A DNA stretch of 16,240 bases. Origin: Paraspadella gotoi. Taxonomy: Eukaryota; Animalia; Chaetognatha. The notes below the pieces were generated by a model, which made no database searches, was not told where the DNA came from, and worked only from the letters and a program-made list of their open reading frames with translations. Of this stretch, positions 10,507-16,240 are shown piece after piece. The stretch is taken from NCBI GenBank assembly GCA_051294375.1, contig CM119266.1, positions 12,357,242 through 12,373,481 of the forward strand, in the 5' to 3' direction. Positions within the stretch are counted from its first letter, which is position 1, and each line of letters opens with the position of its first letter. Made by a program: the position numbers and the translations under genes.

Positions 10507-11917
10507 CGAAAACAAACCAAAGAAGAAATAATAAATGAAAAGAAAACCAACAAAGATTAAAAAGGAAAAATCCAAAATGGCAGAAAGTAAGCAAGAAACC
10601 AGCGAGCCATCAAGCAAGGTAGCAATCGAGAAGAGAGAATAAATCGAAAACCGAAATGTTTACGAAAGTCGAGATGGACCCGACCCGACGTCCGCCCGAC
10701 GCGTCGGCCAAGAGGAATCGAGAGAGGATCGAGATAAACTAATTTCGTTCGGGCAATACGAAAAAAAGGAAAGGAAAAAAAAAAAAGGAAGAATCGAATG
10801 AAAAAAAAAGGAAGAAGCGAAGAGAAACGAGAAATGTTTGGTCGAAAGAACGAAAGCGAAAGTTTTGTTGATGTTTATCTCGTCAGGCGAAAAAAAAAGA
10901 GTCCTATCCTTTTGTCGAGATGGAAAGTGGCAATGTTGAGTTGTGGCTGTGTACGATGAGAAGATCTGTGAACCAATCGTTTTCAAAGCCGCGGTGTTTC
11001 GGAGCGTATATCTTTGACCTGTGACGTCAAATCTAAGTACATGTTTGATCCCCGAAGATATGGTTTATGACCTTGAATACATCGAAACCAATCTATGTTC
11101 GTGCGTATTCAGCTGTTATACCATATAACACAACTGCGAAAAAGCTTGTCTGGCAGCTTGCACAAATATTTACGTTGATTGTCGAGATATGGCTTCACGA
11201 AGGAACAACAAAGAAGACGAATTAAATGAATAAAGTTTTCTCTCAGCGAAACTGGGGGAAAGTTTCAAGTGTCTCGAGCCCAGAAATATGTTTGGGTCGA
11301 ACGAGGAATCGAATGTCAAAAGTCTGTAGCCAAAGTTAATGTAATTCCAATTGTAATTTAAACATTAGACTCTTGAGATACGACAGTATATTAAATTAAA
11401 AAAAAAGTAATTAACTAATATCACGCCGACTTTTATCTTGCATCCACCGCTATCGATTTCACACCGGCGTTTTTTTAATTTTTTTTATATTTTTAGTCAT
11501 TTTTTTCTCGCCGGTAATTGATCCGTTCCCATCTCACTCTGGATCCTACATCAACCCTCAAGTCTTATCTTCAATTTCGCTCCTCACTTATCACTCCGCT
11601 CCCCTTTATCGCTCCTCATCTCATCGCGGAACGTTCTCACATTCTCCGACAGTGATTTTATATCTTCCCCTCTCGTCATCGTTTCACATCTTCTCATTTA
11701 TTAAATCACTTTAACGTCATTATTTTCACACTCGGAAGAAAGATCGTTTACTCAAAGCTCTCATTATTCATCTTCGCCATTTTGACCCGGAGCCAATCAC
11801 AATTCATTCTCGTTCTTACCTTTACGTTCCACCGCATCCTAATATTTTCATCCCGTCCTAACTCCACACGTTTCGACCCCACCCACAAACTCACCCCCTC
11901 CCGATCCGCCCCCCCCC

Positions 11918-11942
11918 NNNNNNNNNNNNNNNNNNNNNNNNN
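11918..11942. other. Assembly gap, 25 N
   Basis: N run; flanked by a poly-C run on the left and a GA-repeat stub on the right. Confidence 0.99.
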
Positions 11943-11950
11943 AGAGAGAG

Positions 11951-12500
11951 AAATATCCGTTCGGTTTTTATCGGCGTCGAGCTCGTCAGGGGGCGCCGTC
12001 ACGTTAACAACCCTCGCGATAAATTACGAATTTAAAAAAAGTGTTAAAAAGAAAAAGGAAAAGTTAAAACTTAAAAAGACGACACGTTGCGTCGTCGGAG
12101 AATTTTTTTTTTTCATCCGGGGATTTTCAGTTTTCACCAATCGCACGCGACGAGGATGAAAAGGTTTTTTTTTTAATTTTTATTTTATAATTTATATTTT
12201 TTTATTTTCCCAATATAATTTCCCGCTCGTTCCGAACATGAAAGATCACGACTTATACTGGGGCCGAAAGTCATCTGTAAATATCAAAGGGAACAAAATG
12301 TAAATAAAATCTCATTTGCATATTGTAGCGGGAAAGATGAAAGAGAAATAAAAAGCGGAAAATTCATTACGTTGGTAAAGTGTCATTAAATTAAGTTTTT
12401 GATAATTAATAGAACCCTATTCGCTAAATACCATAAAATCTTTTTTAAGTTTTTTCATCGAAAGGTTTTAACTTTCAATATTTCAACGTTTTAATTTTCA
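11951..12500 (+). repeat. Copy B of the ~555-bp duplication (copy A 831-1386); makes up the whole mini-contig between two gaps
   Basis: Colinear with 831-1386, also preceded by GA repeat (11943-11950), truncated by the 100-N gap. Confidence 0.95.
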
Positions 12501-12600
12501 NNNNNNNNNNNNNNNNNNNNNNNNNNNNNNNNNNNNNNNNNNNNNNNNNNNNNNNNNNNNNNNNNNNNNNNNNNNNNNNNNNNNNNNNNNNNNNNNNNNN
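12501..12600. other. Assembly gap, 100 N (conventional unknown-size gap)
   Basis: N run of 100. Confidence 0.99.
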
Positions 12601-13420
12601 AACCCGAAACGCAGTAACTCTCGATGCGGGGCGTCGTCTTCGGATCAATAACGTACATCTCGACTTTTGTACCATGATTAAGAGTTCACGTTTCTATAAA
12701 TAATAATACAAAAAATGGAGTCCAAGATCGCTTGAGATTAAGGGTTAAAATATCAATGAGTGAATATGTTAATAATTCCCTTCCCGAGCACTTATACAAT
12801 TCTTTTCATTCACGTTACTTAATTAATTATCAATTCTTTCATTGCACACCGGTCTCACGAACACCTCTGTCTACAATAACCTCGTTCACAATTTTTTCTC
12901 TTATACCTCACGGAATCGTGTGAAGTTGATGATTGGACGAGAGAACGTGTGCGACGAAGAGCGCGGCGAGAGGGATTTTGTCACTTGGATTTTTGGACGG
13001 GCAACGTGCCCCGGTAGTCGGCAGCGCCGAGTTGGAGTATCTTGCCTCCGATCGCTTTGAGGCCGCTTCTTCAGCAAGAGTTAGAGAAAGTAAACGGGCG
13101 GCATCGTCGGTGGCAGTTATGGCGGTCGGGTGAGGTGCAGCGACAGTCGCTAAGGTGTGAGGTCGTTATATATCAAGCTGACGTTCTAACATCCGACCGG
13201 CGTCATCGGCGTCATTCGGCGATCGGAAGTTTAACGCACCACGTGTTGGCCAAAGTCCAATGTCCGGCGATCTCGCCATAGTTTTTCAGTATTCGCCGGC
13301 CTTTTTTTTTCTTTTAATTTCGTGATTTTTTTTCCCGTTGCTCTCTCCCAGATTTTTCACGCGTTTCTGCGATTACGTTTTCGCGGGAAAATTCAGATGA
13401 ATTTCGTGAGTGCGGCGGAG

Positions 13421-13423
<3 letters not shown>

Positions 13424-13486
<63 letters not shown>
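13424..13486 (+). repeat. (GA)n microsatellite
   Basis: Read directly from sequence. Confidence 0.97.
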
Positions 13487-13487
<1 letters not shown>

Positions 13488-13725
13488 GGGGATGGGTTTT
13501 TTTTAATGTTGTTCTACCAAATTTTTTTTAATCTCCTTGAATCTCAGTTTCGATCGACGATGTTGAAAGTTGGCGGAAATTCCAAAAGAAAATCTTCTAA
13601 GAATCCATTTTTTTTTAATTTTCCTTTTTCTTATTCGGGTTTTTTTATTTTGCCCCAAAATCCAGTGAATCTATTTATGAGAGAGGGGAAAAAAGTTATA
13701 TATCAACAGTTTGTTTGTCTGGAAG

Positions 13726-13726
13726 G

Positions 13727-13768
<42 letters not shown>

Positions 13769-13782
13769 GAGAGAGAAGAGAG
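13726..13782 (+). repeat. (GA)n microsatellite
   Basis: Read directly from sequence. Confidence 0.97.
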
Positions 13783-14166
13783 GAAGATGAGGGACGGGAG
13801 CGGTTCGGGTAAGAGGTATTATGGCGGGAAAGATGCGCATGAGAAAGTAAATGTTGAAATAAATCCAAAAACTCCGCGTTAAAAAATACGAACCGTGGAA
13901 CGAAAAAAAAAAGCCTTTGCCAGAGATTAAATAATTAAAAATCATGACTAGTCTACTTCTCTCGATGCGCGTCGATGAGTTTTATTTAAACGGGAGGCGA
14001 GATGGGAGAAGGAACAGAGCAGAGAGAGAGAGAGAATAGATGAAGAAAGAGAATAAAAAACTGAGAAAAGATAAGAGAAGCACCTAAGGGCCCGAAGTCT
14101 TTTTGGTGCGCGATGCAGAAACCAGAAAAGAGGGGGGAAAGAAGTTTGTTTGAGGAAGGTATTAAC

Positions 14167-14230
<64 letters not shown>
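14167..14230 (+). repeat. (GA)n microsatellite
   Basis: Read directly from sequence. Confidence 0.97.
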
Positions 14231-14233
<3 letters not shown>

Positions 14234-15246
14234 GTGCACCCGAGGGAAAGGGGCGTAAGAGGTGTGAATTGATTATGAAGTATTTCATCTGCCACATTTG
14301 TTTTTCAGAACAAAGAGAAACAAAAAATATTTACTGTGAGAAGCGAAATTTTAAACTAGAACTAAAAGAATTTGTTAAAGAAATAGAGCGTAAGAAATAT
14401 AATGAAAACAAGACGATCCAAATTATCATATAAAAATATCGCGTTTTTTAAGAAATAAAATGTAGATTAAAACAAAATTAAATAAAACGATCGCGCAATA
14501 AAATTCCAAACGAAAGCGACGAGACGGATCAAAAAGCGGGGCTCCTCATGTCTACCCAATAAACAGTTGTCGTATTTCGGGGCGGGAACATCGCTCGCGC
14601 CGTCAAGCAGAAAGCAGCCGCCGGGTCGACAGCGCGCCGTAATTACCCGCGGTTTACGAGCGTCAGTTCGCTTAATTGTTTATCGTAACGAGGGGCCGAG
14701 ACTCGTTCTCCTTGGTAGCGCGAAAGACGAAGTCTTTGATAGAAAACAGAACATTTGGAGTCTGAGACAAATAACCGGATCGGCTGTTTACGCCCGCAGT
14801 TCCGGAACGTGTGTCCGGGCCAGGACGGCGAAAAGTTCACGGACTTTTTTTTTTGAAGACGGACGAAACATAGTCCAGGGCTAGATGTCTTTTTTTGTTT
14901 GGAGACTAGAATTGAAATAATGGAAAACTTCCTGTAATGGCAAGGACCAGAAGCGTGTATCGGAAAACATTCGAAACCGACGCAAATGGCTTTTATAAAC
15001 ACATGCAGTTTTCAGTTGATTCGCCTGTAAAAATCGATATTAAAATATAACAGAATATACGCGGAACTATCATTCTCTTCACCCTTAATATCCCGCAACG
15101 CATTTTCTATCTCAGTTCGGGTCTTCCCGCATATTTCTGGACGAACGGGCGACGAAAGCGTCAAAGAGCGAACTTCGCAGGGAGATTTCTCTCTCTCTGT
15201 TTTGATTTGTTTGATCCAAAGGCTTGGGATTAAGGAGAGGAAAGGC

Positions 15247-15288
15247 AGGTAAGGCACGGCGAGGCAAAGGTAGTCACGGCGAGGGAAA
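15247..15288 (+). repeat. Two imperfect tandem copies of a ~21-bp unit
   Basis: AGGTAAGGCACGGCGAGGCAA / AGGTAGTCACGGCGAGGGAAA. Confidence 0.7.
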
Positions 15289-15418
15289 AGGCAAAGCAGC
15301 ACAAGGCGGAGGAGAGGGCGCGCGGACACGGATTTCGGGGGAAGTGAAAAGACTTATTTTTCTATTGTTGCGGGATTCGAGAAGTTTTCCTTTTTTTTTT
15401 GTTGCTAGTTATAGGAAC

Positions 15419-15475
15419 GGGGTCAGGGTTGCGGGGCGTAAGGTGGGCACCGGGTAGGTCGGGTCGGGCCAGGGG
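15419..15475 (+). other. Potential G-quadruplex, eight G-tracts
   Basis: Runs of >=3 G at 15419, 15426, 15433, 15445, 15452, 15461, 15466 and 15472, with loops of 2-8 nt. Confidence 0.7.
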
Positions 15476-16240
15476 TCTCCCACTGGTGAGCCCGACGCCC
15501 TCAATTCCCTCGACTAAGGACGCGTCGACCCGAGACGTCAAACTCGCTCCGTTAGCGTCTCTCGAATCCCGGGAGTCGGGATTTTAATTCGTCGAGATTG
15601 ACTTCAATTATCCGAATATTTCTTTTTCTCCAAAGTCGCTAATTCGTTTAGTCCGGGTTTTTCTTTTCAACTTATTTTTTTCTCTGGTTTTCTTGAAAGG
15701 GTTCGTCAGTACAAAGAGATAGTTACTGGACGTTATCAGTTGCTCCCTTAGTCCCGTACTCATTTTCAGATTTCAGAGCTTTGAAAATCCGGGTTTATTC
15801 GCACTTCTCTCGGGACATTTTTTAAAAAATATATATTTCCAGAAAAAAATGAAACTAAAAAAACTCAAAAACCTGGTGATCATTTTTAGTTATTCACAGA
15901 TTGTTAAACTCCGAAAGTCAAGCTTTCTCCTTCCGCTCAAATCTGCGAACTTTGACCTTTTCTTTTTCCTGTTCTTCTTCCTTCTTCTTCTTTATCTTCC
16001 TCTTCTTCCTCTACTTATCCTCCCACGCTTTTCAAAGTTTTGCTCTTCTGTTTTAAAAAAAAAACGGAAATCGAGTTTAAGCACAAAAGAATTATTGGAG
16101 TAGTTAACATTTTTCTCGATACGCGGAAAGATTTTTTGAGGGACATCGGAACTGGATTTTACTTAAGTTCTTTTAATATATTTTTGATTTACAAATTACT
16201 ATTCATTTTTCGAAATATCTAGTAATTATTTTGAATTTTT

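Noticed and set aside
831-12500. The two 555-bp direct repeats as LTRs of an ~11.7-kb retrotransposon
   Set aside because: No 5' TG start, PBS or TSD, and no gag/RT/integrase-like ORF between them; copy B is bounded by gaps and the differences look like read errors.
3302-14433. Many ORFs rich in SL, ER, F or K runs (e.g. 3302-3736, 5710-6171, 9437-9967, 10300-10617, 13410-13790)
   Set aside because: They are translations of (GA)n/(GAAA)n/poly-A tracts, which lack stop codons; apparent hydrophobic segments are artefactual.
15045-15077. ENDSSAYILLY resembling the AY(I/L)LFY motif at the end of USP deubiquitinase domains
   Set aside because: The upstream GHY and W-x-x-F-(N/D)-D catalytic motifs are absent; a short match is expected by chance.
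1-16240. CRISPR array, tRNA/rRNA or prokaryotic operon/defence system
   Set aside because: No regularly spaced repeat-spacer units, no recognisable tRNA or rRNA motifs, and coding density far too low.

Overview
This is draft-quality eukaryotic DNA: AT/A-rich, visibly CpG-rich, with two N gaps of 25 and 100 nt. I recognise no protein family, RNA gene, transposase/RT or CRISPR array, and nearly all listed ORFs are by-products of microsatellites or GC-rich patches. Directly visible: (1) ten long (GA)n tracts and one (GAAA)n tract, all with purines on the + strand; (2) a ~555-bp segment (831-1386) repeated at 11951-12500 between the two gaps, differing mostly by small indels, probably a long-read/gap-filling artefact; (3) a 51-bp near-perfect palindrome at 7602-7652 with a third arm copy 250 bp away; (4) several G-tract clusters. 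The most interesting pattern is inferred: a polar unit recurring on the minus strand, (CT)n/poly-T tract -> AG acceptor -> GC-rich island -> GT donor -> G/purine-rich tract. This suggests a minus-strand multi-exon transcript with compositionally polarised introns. The candidate exons do not chain into a clean ORF, so this is a hypothesis, and I cannot support a claim of a novel system.
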